A stretch of 64,000 bases of DNA from Candidatus Poribacteria bacterium. Lineage in GTDB: Bacteria; Poribacteria; WGA-4E; UBA9662. The notes under the pieces are model-generated. The model worked only from the letters and a program-made list of their open reading frames with translations. It was not told the origin of the DNA and made no database searches. The translations under genes and the position numbers were made by a program. Below, piece by piece: positions 31,865-41,863 of the stretch. Location of the stretch: NCBI GenBank assembly GCA_036339735.1, contig JAYZAL010000104.1, positions 70,833-134,832 on the forward strand. The letters run 5' to 3'. How positions within the stretch are numbered: position 1 is the stretch's first letter; the number at the start of each line of letters is the position of its first letter.

Positions 31865-32337
31865 ATATAAACCCAAAAAGCTAAATTAGCTAATGGTAAG
31901 ATTTTTTGAGACGTGGACTAGAAAATACAATTTGGTTGGAACCAATATTAGACGGTACACAGATAATATTCTGAGGCCAAAAAACTTACCAAAAGCGAAC
32001 TAATCAGAAAGAAATTCAGATAACCTAGCAGAATTAACAGTATTATTGACCAATGCCTTTCGCTTCAGGAAACGGGAAGCAATATAGCGTTTCATTCTAT
32101 ACGTACTGACAGTCTATCATATTATCATTTCGTCTATTCTAGAGGATAACTCCGATTTTTGCAAATCTGATAATTCCATTGTCTAGATAAAAGAAAATGT
32201 TCTGGATCAGTGCATGTTGCTAGTTTGGATGAAGAGAAATAATTTCGTATCTTTAAAAGTATAGTCAAACACCCTTGTCATACAATTTTCCAAATCAATC
32301 TTGTTTTTGGCCAAATGACCAGCTATGATAGGCGAGC

Positions 32338-32520
32338 CTAGGTTCGGGTGCTGGTCAAGATTTGACCAGATAATAGGGAAGACGGTGTAAATCCGTCACA
32401 GCCCCGCTACTGTGATCGACGCAAACATGTATCGATACCACTGTTCTAGAAGAATGGGAAGGTGATACTTGTTGGATGTTGTCTAATATCCCGTCGTCAG
32501 TCAGGAGACCTGCCTTTTAG
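32338..32520 (+). ncRNA. Cobalamin (B12) riboswitch
   Basis: Conserved elements in order: GGTG-hairpin-AATAGGGAA-GACGGTGTAAATCCGTC-ACAGCCCCGCTACTGTGA...CCACTG..TGGGAAGG...AGTCAGGAGACCTGCC (B12 box at 32499-32514); TTGTTT-17-TATGAT promoter at 32301-32329. Confidence 0.93.
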
Positions 32521-32751
32521 AATCTTGCAGTTTTCAACTTTCGCGGGAAGGTTGTGCTGTCTTTTTAAGTCTTACGCTGAACCAACAAGTGGTAATTAAT
32601 CTGATTATTGCCATTGACTAATGTTGTTTAAAATCTAATGTTATAAGCGTTGTGTATTTGCGTGAACGTATGAGCTTAAGACGGGTAGCTTCTCAGCTAA
32701 GGTTGGATTTCATGATTTAATCTAACTCTGTATTGATTAGGAGCTATCTTA

Positions 32752-33918
32752 GTGTCAAAAAATTATAACCAATCACTATCACAAACTAATACCCTCTCCG
32801 TCGTTTATTTCCTATTATTTTCTCTGTATTTAGCAAATCTATTTATCATTCCTCCGGTGACAGCACAACAACAGAGAATGGCCGTGGTAATCAATGGGCT
32901 AAACAAATTTGAGACTCTATCGGTTGTCAATTTAGATCATCCTGATTTGAAAAAAGCCGTTTCTGCCGATATTGCTCAACTTGGAGTCGCTCCTAACGAT
33001 GTTCAAATTACTGGGAACTTGGCTTATATCGTTAACACATTTAGCCACCACATACAAGTAATCAATCTTAAAACTGGTGACAGCTTAGGAGTAATTTCAA
33101 CTGGTATTGGTAGTGAGCCAGAAAAAATAGCCCTGTTAAATAATGATCGAGCTTATGTTACATGTGGCGGTACCGACGAAGTCGTTCTGATAGACCTGAA
33201 AGGTAAGATGGTTTTGCAACGAATACAAACAGGGTCAAAGCCTTGGGGGCTTACTATTCTGAATAAAAAGGTTTATGTTGCTAACTCTGCAGCTATATGG
33301 ACTGGCCAGGAAATGAAATACGGGCAAAGCAGTGTTTCAGTCATTTCAACCGATACTAATCAATTGATCACAACAATTGAAGTGCCAACTAACGCAACCG
33401 AAGTTACTTCAGATGCTAACAATACTGTCTTAGTCGTATCAACTGGCGATTATAGCCAAGTACTTGGTGAGTTAATCTTGATCGATAGTAACAAGGATAA
33501 TATCAAAAAGCAAATAAGCCTAAAATCTACACCAGGAGCTATTACTGTTAATCGAAAAAAACAACAAGCCTACATTTTGACGCCAAGTGGAGCTATTGTC
33601 GTTGATTTGATAAAACAGAGGTTAGTGGTTAAGCCGTCGTCAGCGTTACAGGATTTCAAAGGTGGCTTCAGTCTGACCTTCGACAATCAACGTGAACTGT
33701 TTTTATTAGCAGTCCCAGACTGGTCAGGTGGAAGCCAGGATCAATTATTAGTACTTGATTCAAATGGCAAAGAAATCAACCGTTACAATACTGGTACCAA
33801 AAAAGGAAAAGGTTCTTCCTTTGTAAGTTTAGCCGATATAAGTGGCTATAATGATGTTGGTGTTCAACCACGACCGAACCAGTCAGTCATCTTCTGGGGG
33901 CGAGTGAAGCAGCATTAA
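32752..33918 (+). CDS. Secreted YncE/YVTN-like beta-propeller protein, riboswitch-controlled
   Basis: Signal peptide; repeated blades (GVAPNDV, GSEPEKI, GSKPWGL, AYIVN/AYVT/VYVAN, VSVI); AGGAG RBS with GTG start. Confidence 0.8.
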   Translation: MSKNYNQSLSQTNTLSVVYFLLFSLYLANLFIIPPVTAQQQRMAVVINGLNKFETLSVVNLDHPDLKKAVSADIAQLGVAPNDVQITGNLAYIVNTFSHHIQVINLKTGDSLGVISTGIGSEPEKIALLNNDRAYVTCGGTDEVVLIDLKGKMVLQRIQTGSKPWGLTILNKKVYVANSAAIWTGQEMKYGQSSVSVISTDTNQLITTIEVPTNATEVTSDANNTVLVVSTGDYSQVLGELILIDSNKDNIKKQISLKSTPGAITVNRKKQQAYILTPSGAIVVDLIKQRLVVKPSSALQDFKGGFSLTFDNQRELFLLAVPDWSGGSQDQLLVLDSNGKEINRYNTGTKKGKGSSFVSLADISGYNDVGVQPRPNQSVIFWGRVKQH

Positions 33919-33956
33919 TCGGATTTTGTCCTTTTGTGATACACAGCCCGACTTGA

Positions 33957-33985
33957 TTGACTCTGCATAGTCCATCGTTTATAAT
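33957..33985 (+). promoter_or_regulatory. Putative sigma-70 promoter of the large LRR gene
   Basis: TTGACT-17nt-TATAAT. Confidence 0.65.
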
Positions 33986-34009
33986 GGTAGCTATTCCTCA
34001 ATTTAACCA

Positions 34010-37000
34010 ATGGTTAGAGTAATAACTATCGTGAACTTTTCTTTCTGTTCGCAATTCAGTCTGGTCTTCTGGGTTATCTTCGGGCTAATCACAAACCTAC
34101 CAGTTAGTAGCCAAATCTTCTATCAGCAAAATTTTGATCAACTCGAGAATGGTGCCTTAGATGGTCAAGATGGTTGGTCAAAAACTTGGAGTGATGGTAT
34201 GGCTGACTTCCCTGAAGATATTAGTCATGCTGGAAGTTGTAAGGTTCAAGAAGAAATCAAGTTTGGTCAGGGTGGGAAAAGCATCTGCATTACAGACCAA
34301 ACAATGACTTTGCGACGATTCGTTGGAGATTACGACGGTATACAATATTTAACGTTGCGTTTTCTGTATCAATCTGGGAATGCGCCACTTTCTCTATATG
34401 CTGGTGGTAGTTTGGTCAAGTGGTGGGCTGCTGCCAGCATTAATGTACTGCCAACGGGTCAAGTCTCGGTCTATAATGGAGATATAACTGAAAACGTCGG
34501 CTGGCTACAACCCCAGATCTGGCACCAGATACATCTCATCCTCGATTTTGATCAACGTACTTTTAGCTGTTACCTCAACGATCGTCTAGTTGCACAAAAT
34601 TTTAGATTTAGAGGAGAAAATACAAGGCTAGTTCGCAATGTTAGTAACCCACGTTTAGCCTGGTTCCATTTTGGCAGGCACAAAAAAGATGAAAAACTAA
34701 CTGCTTACTTAGATGAGCTCGAAGTCGGTTCAGGTCCAGGAGGTGTCTATATAGCTGAGAGTCAAATAGAAAGAAAACTACGAAAAGTTTTGCAGAAAAG
34801 TTCCTTTGATTTAATCTCCAAAAGAGACTTGGAGCAAATTGAAACGCTTGACCTATCTGTTTTGGGTTTGACTGACTTAACTGGCTTGGAGAACTGTCTT
34901 GGTTTGAAAACGCTCTCACTCAACGGCAATCAGCTAAGTGATATTTCCCAGCTATCGGTTATGACAAACCTAAAGGAACTTGATTTAAGTAACAATCAAC
35001 TAGCTAGCTTGACACCCTGTCAAAATATGAACCAGCTAGAACAGATTTCGGTTAGTCAAAACCAAGTCCAAGATATTTTGCCGTTGGCCAATTTAACTAG
35101 ACTAAGGGGTATCGACCTCTCTCGAAATCAGGTTAATGACATCAGTCCTCTGGAAAAATTATTTAGCCTAGAATCCCTAAATCTTAGCCAAAACCAAGTT
35201 CAAGACCTGATCTGGCTCAAGAATCTTTCTAAGTTAAAACAATTAAAAATTAACCAAAATCAGATTAAAGACCTGACAACTTTAACCGCTTTAGCTGAAT
35301 TAGAAGCGCTCGAAGCTTCAGAAAACCAGATCAACGAGGTTGAGTCTCTTGAAAGTTTGGTTAGTCTAGGTCAACTCAATTTGAGCGATAATAAGATCAA
35401 AGCTCTAGATGGACTGTCGAGCCTAAGGAAATTGACAAATTTATTTTTGGATCATAATCAGATTCAGGACATTTTACCACTGGGACGTTTGTCTAACTTG
35501 AGAACTCTTCACCTAAATGACAATATGATTGAGTCGGTGGAGCCATTAACTCCATTAGCAAACCTGCAAGATTTAAGATTGGAAAGTAATAAGATTCATG
35601 ATCTCGAGCCATTGGTTAAAAATTCGGGTATTTCCGGTCGAATCTCAGTAGAAGAAAATGAATTATCTAACAGTTCTTCAACTACTTACATACCGATTCT
35701 AAAGTCTCGTCAAATCATAGTTACCCATGACCTCTTTCTACCAACTATGGTCACATTCGTGGATTCTCGGCTAGAGGTAGCTGTAAGAACAGCAATTGGA
35801 GCAAAAACTAAGCCCCTAGATTTACAGATATTATCGAAGTTAGAAGAATTTGATTTGAGTGAAGTTGAATTAGTTGACCCCAATGGTATCGAAGGAAAAA
35901 TTCGGAACTTGAGAGGTTTGGAATTCTGCCGAAACATAAGATTTTTGAATCTGAATGGAAAACTATCTCCTCCAGAAGGCAAGACACATTTTGACATCTC
36001 GCCACTAAAAGGATTAAGCCGTTTGGAATATGTTGACTTAAGTCAGAATCGGATTCAAGACTTACGTCCTCTCAAAAATTTGGCTAACTTGTCAACACTC
36101 ATCTTGGAGCAAAATCATATAACCAACCTCGAAGCACTGGCTGATCTAAATCAATTGAAAAATCTAAATTTGAATCAGAACCGGATTCATGATCCACTGC
36201 CTGGAAAAGAATCGACATTATCTAAAATAACTAGTTTGGAACTGCTCCTTCTGAGTAAAAACCCGATTTCTGACTTAGATGTTCTTTCCAATCTAGTGAA
36301 TCTCCGTGAGTTAGACGTGAGTTACTGTCAGTTATCTGATATTGATCCACTGAGAAATTTGACAAATTTAGTCATGCTCAACTTTTCTTATAATCAAGTT
36401 CGTGATTTACATGCCATGTCTAATTTGAATAACCTAGAGTATTTGGATGGTACAGCCAATCAAATTGACAATCTAAAGGCCATCGAAACAATAGAAAAAT
36501 TAATAACTATATCCTTTGCAAATAACCATATTAGAAATATTTATCCTTTGGTAAGTAGACTCGATCTTTTGGAAACTCCATCAGGCCAAATCGATTTACG
36601 CCAAAACCCACTAAATAATACAGGTATTACGAGCCATATTCCTAATCTTAAAAAGGGTAAAATCCAAGTCGAATTTGATAGTCCAATACTTGAGCCAGTC
36701 ACATTGGCTGACGATAATCTGGAAAATGCTATCCGTAAAGAGTTAAAGATCCCATCGCGTATATTGACAACTGAAGATCTATTAGAATTAAATGAACTAA
36801 AATTGGACACCTCCGATACGGAAATTACTAGCATTGTAGGGTTGGATCAAGCTGCAAATTTGCAGATTCTGGAGATTCAAGGTTGGAAAAATAATCCATT
36901 TTCTGATTTGTCGCCACTAAGTGAACTCGAGAACTTAACTCAATTAATCCTTTGGGGACAGCAAGTCACCGATCTAAACCCTTTAGAAAAATTAGTGTCA

Positions 37001-39220
37001 TTAACTAAGTTAGATTTGGGGCCTAATGGCTTGGATGAGACAACAGACCTGTCGATACTGAGCAACCTAGTAAACCTAACCGAACTTGCCATTCGGCACA
37101 ACGATATTGTAGATTTGTCGTTCTTACAATCACTTAGTATGTTAGATTCTTTGAACTTAGAACAAAATGAAATTGATGACATTTCAGTTTTAGAAAATCT
37201 AAGTATACTGAAACGCTTAGACCTGAGTGATAATCAGATCAGAAACATTGGGGTCCTGAAAGAATTGCCTGAATTAGAGTGGTTAGAATTACAAAACAAC
37301 AGAATTACCGATATTACACCACTAGTTGAAAATCCGTGGAAAGGCCACCTTAGAATTCATGGTAATCCGATAGACAACACAGCCCAACTGACCCATGTTC
37401 CAACCCTTTTAGAACGAGGTGTTTCTGTTATCTACGACCCTCCAACGGTAGAAGCAGTTATCTTTAAGGAAGCACAGCTTGAGAATGCAATTCGAGAAAC
37501 ACTTCAAATTCCAATTAACCCGCTAACAAAAACTGATCTACTCAATTTAACAGAACTGGATGTTAATGCTTTAGATATTAGGGATTTGACAGGGTTGGAA
37601 CAATGTCTCAATTTGACAAAATTAAAGATGAGCTGGAATTTTGATCTAGTGGATATCTCCAACTTGAAAAAGTTAAAAAAATTGCGATACCTTAGTCTTC
37701 ACTATAACCGCATCTCAAGTCTAGAACCCATTAGCGACTTGACAAAATTGACTTATTTGGGCTTGGATGGTAATCCTATATTCGATTTGTCGCCTATCCA
37801 AAAGTTGAAAGAATTGCGACGGCTAGATTTCAATAATAGCGACCGGTTAGTTGACCTTTCACCATTGGTAAATTTATCCAATTTGCGTGTTTTGACAATG
37901 GACAATCAACAATTAACAGATTTACTTCCCTTAAGTCGATTATCAGGATTGCAAGTCTTAAGATTGGGTAATAATTGGATTCATGACTTGACTCCGCTAC
38001 TTGAGACGGTAGAGAATGGAGCCGAGCTTGAACTACAAAAAAACCCATTGAACAATGTTGCCTATAATGTGCATATTCCGCAATTACAAAGCAGAGAAAT
38101 ACAAGTCAAGTTTGATCCACCGCCTGAAGATATAATACCAATTACGGATTCAAAAATTGAAGCACTCATCCGAGACACTTTACAAGTGGACTTCAACCAG
38201 CAACCACTTGGAGCACTAACGATCTCTTTGACTGAACCAATAGAAAAATTGATTGCCAAAGACCTTAACCTACAGGAAATTGACGTATCGGCATTAAAAG
38301 CTTTGCCAAATCTTATTTCTATTGACCTAACCAATAATCCACTCAATCAAACAGCGCTAGTTGAACAGGTACCTAACCTAGAAACCTATGGAATTTCCGT
38401 CATTCTAAACGGAATGGAAACCGAAAAGGTATCGATATCATCGTTAGCTCAAAACAATCAAATACCGATGATTTCCAGCGCTCGAACGCTGATTACTCTG
38501 AATTTAACTAATTCTGACGGGTTACCAGTCAACCATGAAACAGTTACGTTAGACGCAAGTTATGGTCAAATTCAGTCTCCAGCAATAAATCAAGGGGATG
38601 GTACCTACACGGCTACCTATTACCTGGGTGCTGTCAACCAGAATCAGATCAAGCAGGTTGAAATTTCGGCTGTAACTCAAAATAAAAAAATAGGCCAATT
38701 AAAGCTGTCGGTCGTTGATCAATTAACGATCTTAGGCGATATAAACTATGACCAACAAGTTAACATTCAGGATTTGGTGTGGGTCGCTAATCATTTTGGG
38801 CAGTCGGGTAAGCATCTTGTAGGCGATATCAATGATGATCAGAGAATTGACTTATTCGACCTAACTTTAGTAGCCCAAAACTTTGCTCCTCTGGCAGCCC
38901 CGATAACATTATTGGAAGAAAAAGTAGAAAGGTTAATCCTTCATCAAAACTATCCCAATCCCTTTAATCCTGAGACATGGATACCGTTCCAATTAAGTGG
39001 TGAGTCTGCTGTTAAATTCGAGATACATAATGTATCAGGCCAGTTAGTTCGAAGACTTTCACTAGGCCAATTACCTGCCGGAAAATACTTGGATCGAAAA
39101 TTGTCTGCTTACTGGGATGGTCGATCTGAGTCTGGTGAACTAGTTGGTAGTGGTGTCTATTTTTACACTATTTTCACGGACCGGCAGCGACTTACCAGGC
39201 AGATGATGATTTTGAAATAA
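34010..39220 (+). CDS. Large secreted internalin-like LRR protein with lectin-like N-terminus, invasin/Big-like domain, dockerin-like EF-hand pair and FlgD-Ig/CTD-like C-terminus
   Basis: LxxLxLxxNxIxDLxPL repeats in five capped blocks; NQGDGTYTATY; GDINYDQQVNIQDL / GDINDDQRIDLFDL; LHQNYPNPFNPETWIPFQL..YWDGRSESGELVGSGVYFY. Confidence 0.9.
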   Translation: MVRVITIVNFSFCSQFSLVFWVIFGLITNLPVSSQIFYQQNFDQLENGALDGQDGWSKTWSDGMADFPEDISHAGSCKVQEEIKFGQGGKSICITDQTMTLRRFVGDYDGIQYLTLRFLYQSGNAPLSLYAGGSLVKWWAAASINVLPTGQVSVYNGDITENVGWLQPQIWHQIHLILDFDQRTFSCYLNDRLVAQNFRFRGENTRLVRNVSNPRLAWFHFGRHKKDEKLTAYLDELEVGSGPGGVYIAESQIERKLRKVLQKSSFDLISKRDLEQIETLDLSVLGLTDLTGLENCLGLKTLSLNGNQLSDISQLSVMTNLKELDLSNNQLASLTPCQNMNQLEQISVSQNQVQDILPLANLTRLRGIDLSRNQVNDISPLEKLFSLESLNLSQNQVQDLIWLKNLSKLKQLKINQNQIKDLTTLTALAELEALEASENQINEVESLESLVSLGQLNLSDNKIKALDGLSSLRKLTNLFLDHNQIQDILPLGRLSNLRTLHLNDNMIESVEPLTPLANLQDLRLESNKIHDLEPLVKNSGISGRISVEENELSNSSSTTYIPILKSRQIIVTHDLFLPTMVTFVDSRLEVAVRTAIGAKTKPLDLQILSKLEEFDLSEVELVDPNGIEGKIRNLRGLEFCRNIRFLNLNGKLSPPEGKTHFDISPLKGLSRLEYVDLSQNRIQDLRPLKNLANLSTLILEQNHITNLEALADLNQLKNLNLNQNRIHDPLPGKESTLSKITSLELLLLSKNPISDLDVLSNLVNLRELDVSYCQLSDIDPLRNLTNLVMLNFSYNQVRDLHAMSNLNNLEYLDGTANQIDNLKAIETIEKLITISFANNHIRNIYPLVSRLDLLETPSGQIDLRQNPLNNTGITSHIPNLKKGKIQVEFDSPILEPVTLADDNLENAIRKELKIPSRILTTEDLLELNELKLDTSDTEITSIVGLDQAANLQILEIQGWKNNPFSDLSPLSELENLTQLILWGQQVTDLNPLEKLVSLTKLDLGPNGLDETTDLSILSNLVNLTELAIRHNDIVDLSFLQSLSMLDSLNLEQNEIDDISVLENLSILKRLDLSDNQIRNIGVLKELPELEWLELQNNRITDITPLVENPWKGHLRIHGNPIDNTAQLTHVPTLLERGVSVIYDPPTVEAVIFKEAQLENAIRETLQIPINPLTKTDLLNLTELDVNALDIRDLTGLEQCLNLTKLKMSWNFDLVDISNLKKLKKLRYLSLHYNRISSLEPISDLTKLTYLGLDGNPIFDLSPIQKLKELRRLDFNNSDRLVDLSPLVNLSNLRVLTMDNQQLTDLLPLSRLSGLQVLRLGNNWIHDLTPLLETVENGAELELQKNPLNNVAYNVHIPQLQSREIQVKFDPPPEDIIPITDSKIEALIRDTLQVDFNQQPLGALTISLTEPIEKLIAKDLNLQEIDVSALKALPNLISIDLTNNPLNQTALVEQVPNLETYGISVILNGMETEKVSISSLAQNNQIPMISSARTLITLNLTNSDGLPVNHETVTLDASYGQIQSPAINQGDGTYTATYYLGAVNQNQIKQVEISAVTQNKKIGQLKLSVVDQLTILGDINYDQQVNIQDLVWVANHFGQSGKHLVGDINDDQRIDLFDLTLVAQNFAPLAAPITLLEEKVERLILHQNYPNPFNPETWIPFQLSGESAVKFEIHNVSGQLVRRLSLGQLPAGKYLDRKLSAYWDGRSESGELVGSGVYFYTIFTDRQRLTRQMMILK

Positions 39221-39238
39221 TAAGCTAAGGAGAAGAAA

Positions 39239-40351
39239 ATGGCTAAATATCGTTTAGGTCTAATCGGTTTTGCTCATATGCACATCAACAATGTAGGAGG
39301 ACAATTCGCTCAGCATCAGGACATTGAACCAGTTGCAGTAGCAGATACCGTACCTCTTACCCCAGAACTTCGAGATGCCCCATACACAAGAGGTTGGAAC
39401 TTGCAGCATGCCCTTGAGAATCTTGGATTTAAAAAATCTTACGAAGATTATCGAGAAATGCTGGATAATGAAAATTTGGATATCGTTGTGTGCTGTTCCG
39501 AAAATGCACGACATGCGGAAGTCGTGGAAGCATGTGCAGAAGCTGGTGTTCACGTTTGTGTTGAAAAACCAATGGCTGAATCCTTATCGGGTGCATTGCG
39601 AATGGTTAGAGCGAGCCAAGCCTACAATACGAAATTAGTTATTAATTGGCCAATGACCTGGTCGGCAGGTGCTCGAAAAATTAAGGAACTGATTGACGAA
39701 GGCGAAATTGGACGTGTTTTGGAAATCAAGTGGCGAGGTGGCCATACAGGCCCACTTGGGCCTGGAGCTATGCACTCCGGTGTCAGTGAGACTGCCGACC
39801 AAATGACTGGTTCTGAACGTGGTGCAACTTGGTGGCATCAATCAGACACAGGTGGTGGCGCCATGCTTGATTACTGTTGTTATGGATCAATGGTATCTCG
39901 TTGGTACATTGGAGAGCAAGCACTTTCAGCAATTGGTATGAAGGCTAACCTAGACAGTCATTGGGGTGATGCCGAAGATAATGCGGCTGTCATTGTCCGA
40001 TTTCCAAATGCTATGGCTTTATTCGAAGGCTCTTGGACCACCTGGGATCATGGTGTAGCAACGGGACCCATCATATATGGAACTAAAGGCACAATTGTAC
40101 TCGATTCTGATGGTATCCGTCGTGAGCAAGGTGGTGGAAACACTACTAACTACAAAGTTGATCCATTACCTGAAGGCAGAAGTAAAATTGCAGATGAGTT
40201 TATTCACCATATCAGGACCGGCCAACCACTTCACCAAACATTAGAAGCCAAATTTAATCTAGAAGTCATGGCTATATTAGATGCAGGTATTCGTTCTGCT
40301 AGTAGTGGAAGGTTAGAATCGGTCAGTAACAGCACTTGGCAAATCGGTTAA
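39239..40351 (+). CDS. Gfo/Idh/MocA family oxidoreductase
   Basis: LIGFAHMH, VCVEKPMA, GGGAMLDYCCYG, AEDNA; AAGGAG RBS. Confidence 0.9.
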   Translation: MAKYRLGLIGFAHMHINNVGGQFAQHQDIEPVAVADTVPLTPELRDAPYTRGWNLQHALENLGFKKSYEDYREMLDNENLDIVVCCSENARHAEVVEACAEAGVHVCVEKPMAESLSGALRMVRASQAYNTKLVINWPMTWSAGARKIKELIDEGEIGRVLEIKWRGGHTGPLGPGAMHSGVSETADQMTGSERGATWWHQSDTGGGAMLDYCCYGSMVSRWYIGEQALSAIGMKANLDSHWGDAEDNAAVIVRFPNAMALFEGSWTTWDHGVATGPIIYGTKGTIVLDSDGIRREQGGGNTTNYKVDPLPEGRSKIADEFIHHIRTGQPLHQTLEAKFNLEVMAILDAGIRSASSGRLESVSNSTWQIG

Positions 40352-40392
40352 TTTGATAGGACCTGTTTTGTGAGTTACATGCTAAAAAAGTT

Positions 40393-40614
40393 ATGAAAGA
40401 TACCACAAAAAGCTTCATTGCAGGCGTTTTTGCCACAGGATTATCCGTGGGGCCTTTATTATACTGGATTTTCACAGTTCGAACGAATTTTCTTTGCCCG
40501 AATTGCAAGCTCCTAATTCGTCGTCAAAAGCCGCAGAGGGACTTCGAAGAAAAAACGCTAACCCCATCTATTGATGTTAAGAGAAAGCCTGAAATTTCAC
40601 CAGAGATAGCATAG
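40393..40614 (+). CDS. Small hypothetical membrane protein with CxxC
   Basis: One TM followed by CPNC; no recognised family. Confidence 0.45.
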   Translation: MKDTTKSFIAGVFATGLSVGPLLYWIFTVRTNFLCPNCKLLIRRQKPQRDFEEKTLTPSIDVKRKPEISPEIA

Positions 40615-40668
40615 ACAGGGTTATTTAAGTGAACCAATGTGTTTCTGTCATAGTTTTTGGTAACTGCA

Positions 40669-41211
40669 TTATAAGATACCGAATAAAAGGTCAAAGACAG
40701 GTCGCTTGTCAGTTTGATGTTTCAAGCGAAACCTGTGACGAATTGTTTTTCCCATATGAGTTTGGCAAGACAGTTGTATCTTAATCTCGGTGCCGGGTAT
40801 TATTTGGTCTAAGGCAAAAACTTCATAAAAATCCTGGCGTTCACCCGGCGCAATTGTAGTGGGTAGACTGTTACGGAGAAGACTGGGAAAAATATTAGCT
40901 TGTGGTACTTGGTATAATTCAGCAGTATGCCAACGACGACCAATTTTGGCTTTGAAACTACTGTTGTCAATTGTGACTGGTTGTGTTTCTAACAGGTGAT
41001 CACTATCATTATAAACTCGTAGGGACACCAAAAATAACAAATATCCACTACGAGTAATGAAACAGTTAGTTCGTCCTGCGAGTAATCCCAAATGGATTTT
41101 TGCTTTACTAGATTTGGGCCGCCATAACCGAAACAAGTCAAATAAATAACGACCTAAGCTAAGTCCTAGTGCTATTAGACTGATTATGAGAGCAAGCGTA
41201 GAGCGATCCAA
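40669..41211 (-). CDS. Hypothetical protein with N-terminal membrane anchor
   Basis: GGAG RBS, hydrophobic N-terminus, beta-rich body. Confidence 0.65.
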   Translation of the reverse strand: MDRSTLALIISLIALGLSLGRYLFDLFRLWRPKSSKAKIHLGLLAGRTNCFITRSGYLLFLVSLRVYNDSDHLLETQPVTIDNSSFKAKIGRRWHTAELYQVPQANIFPSLLRNSLPTTIAPGERQDFYEVFALDQIIPGTEIKIQLSCQTHMGKTIRHRFRLKHQTDKRPVFDLLFGIL

Positions 41212-41270
41212 AAAGAACTCCAGTTTTCTGATAATGGTTGAACTAAGTCATATAGATGACTATGGTAGCC

Positions 41271-41783
41271 TCAGACTTGAGTTTCAATTAAGGTAACACT
41301 TCTTTTGTCAAGTTTGAAGTAGTTTGGGATTTCGTAACGATTACCATCAATGTCTTTAATTAACAACCGCCCCTCCTCGAACTGGGTAATGGCTGATCGG
41401 GAGCTTAGGTCAAACGTAACGGGCCCTCGATTTGTTTCGACTTCCCATTCTGTGACACCAAATCGGCGATTGATCGATAATAAGCCTGTAATGATTGGCA
41501 TAAAGTAGGCTTTGTCTAAGGCATTTTCTAAAACTTTGCGGTTCTTTTCATTGAGCTGTTCGATATCTTCAATTAGGCAAACTTCCTGGGGTGATCGATC
41601 GTCGGTTTGTATGGCAATGTAACGATTAGCATCACTTAAAGGGAAAGACCTGATTGGTACGACTGGGCAGTGAACTACACCGTCTGGCATTTGGACGGAT
41701 AAATTTCCAAATGAGTCGAATGTTAACTGAATTCTTTCGACATCAACAAGTTTCAGTTCATCTTCGATATTAATTGGTTTCAT
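41271..41783 (-). CDS. DUF1854-like protein
   Basis: VVPIRSFPLS, YFMPII, WEVETNRG, LLIKDIDGNRYEIP..LD; start placed at ATG 41783. Confidence 0.8.
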   Translation of the reverse strand: MKPINIEDELKLVDVERIQLTFDSFGNLSVQMPDGVVHCPVVPIRSFPLSDANRYIAIQTDDRSPQEVCLIEDIEQLNEKNRKVLENALDKAYFMPIITGLLSINRRFGVTEWEVETNRGPVTFDLSSRSAITQFEEGRLLIKDIDGNRYEIPNYFKLDKRSVTLIETQV

Positions 41784-41863
41784 AGGTATTATGCCTTTTC
41801 TAAACAATTCATTGGATTCTACGACAGACCACTTTCGGGACAGGATACAAAAAATAGTAACAG

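Noticed and set aside
31870-32281. Possible decayed membrane-protein gene on the minus strand
   Set aside because: Only a short hydrophobic run between stops; no family recognisable
33919-39220. Large LRR gene as part of the B12 riboswitch operon
   Set aside because: A near-consensus TTGACT-17-TATAAT promoter lies directly upstream of it, so co-regulation is unsupported
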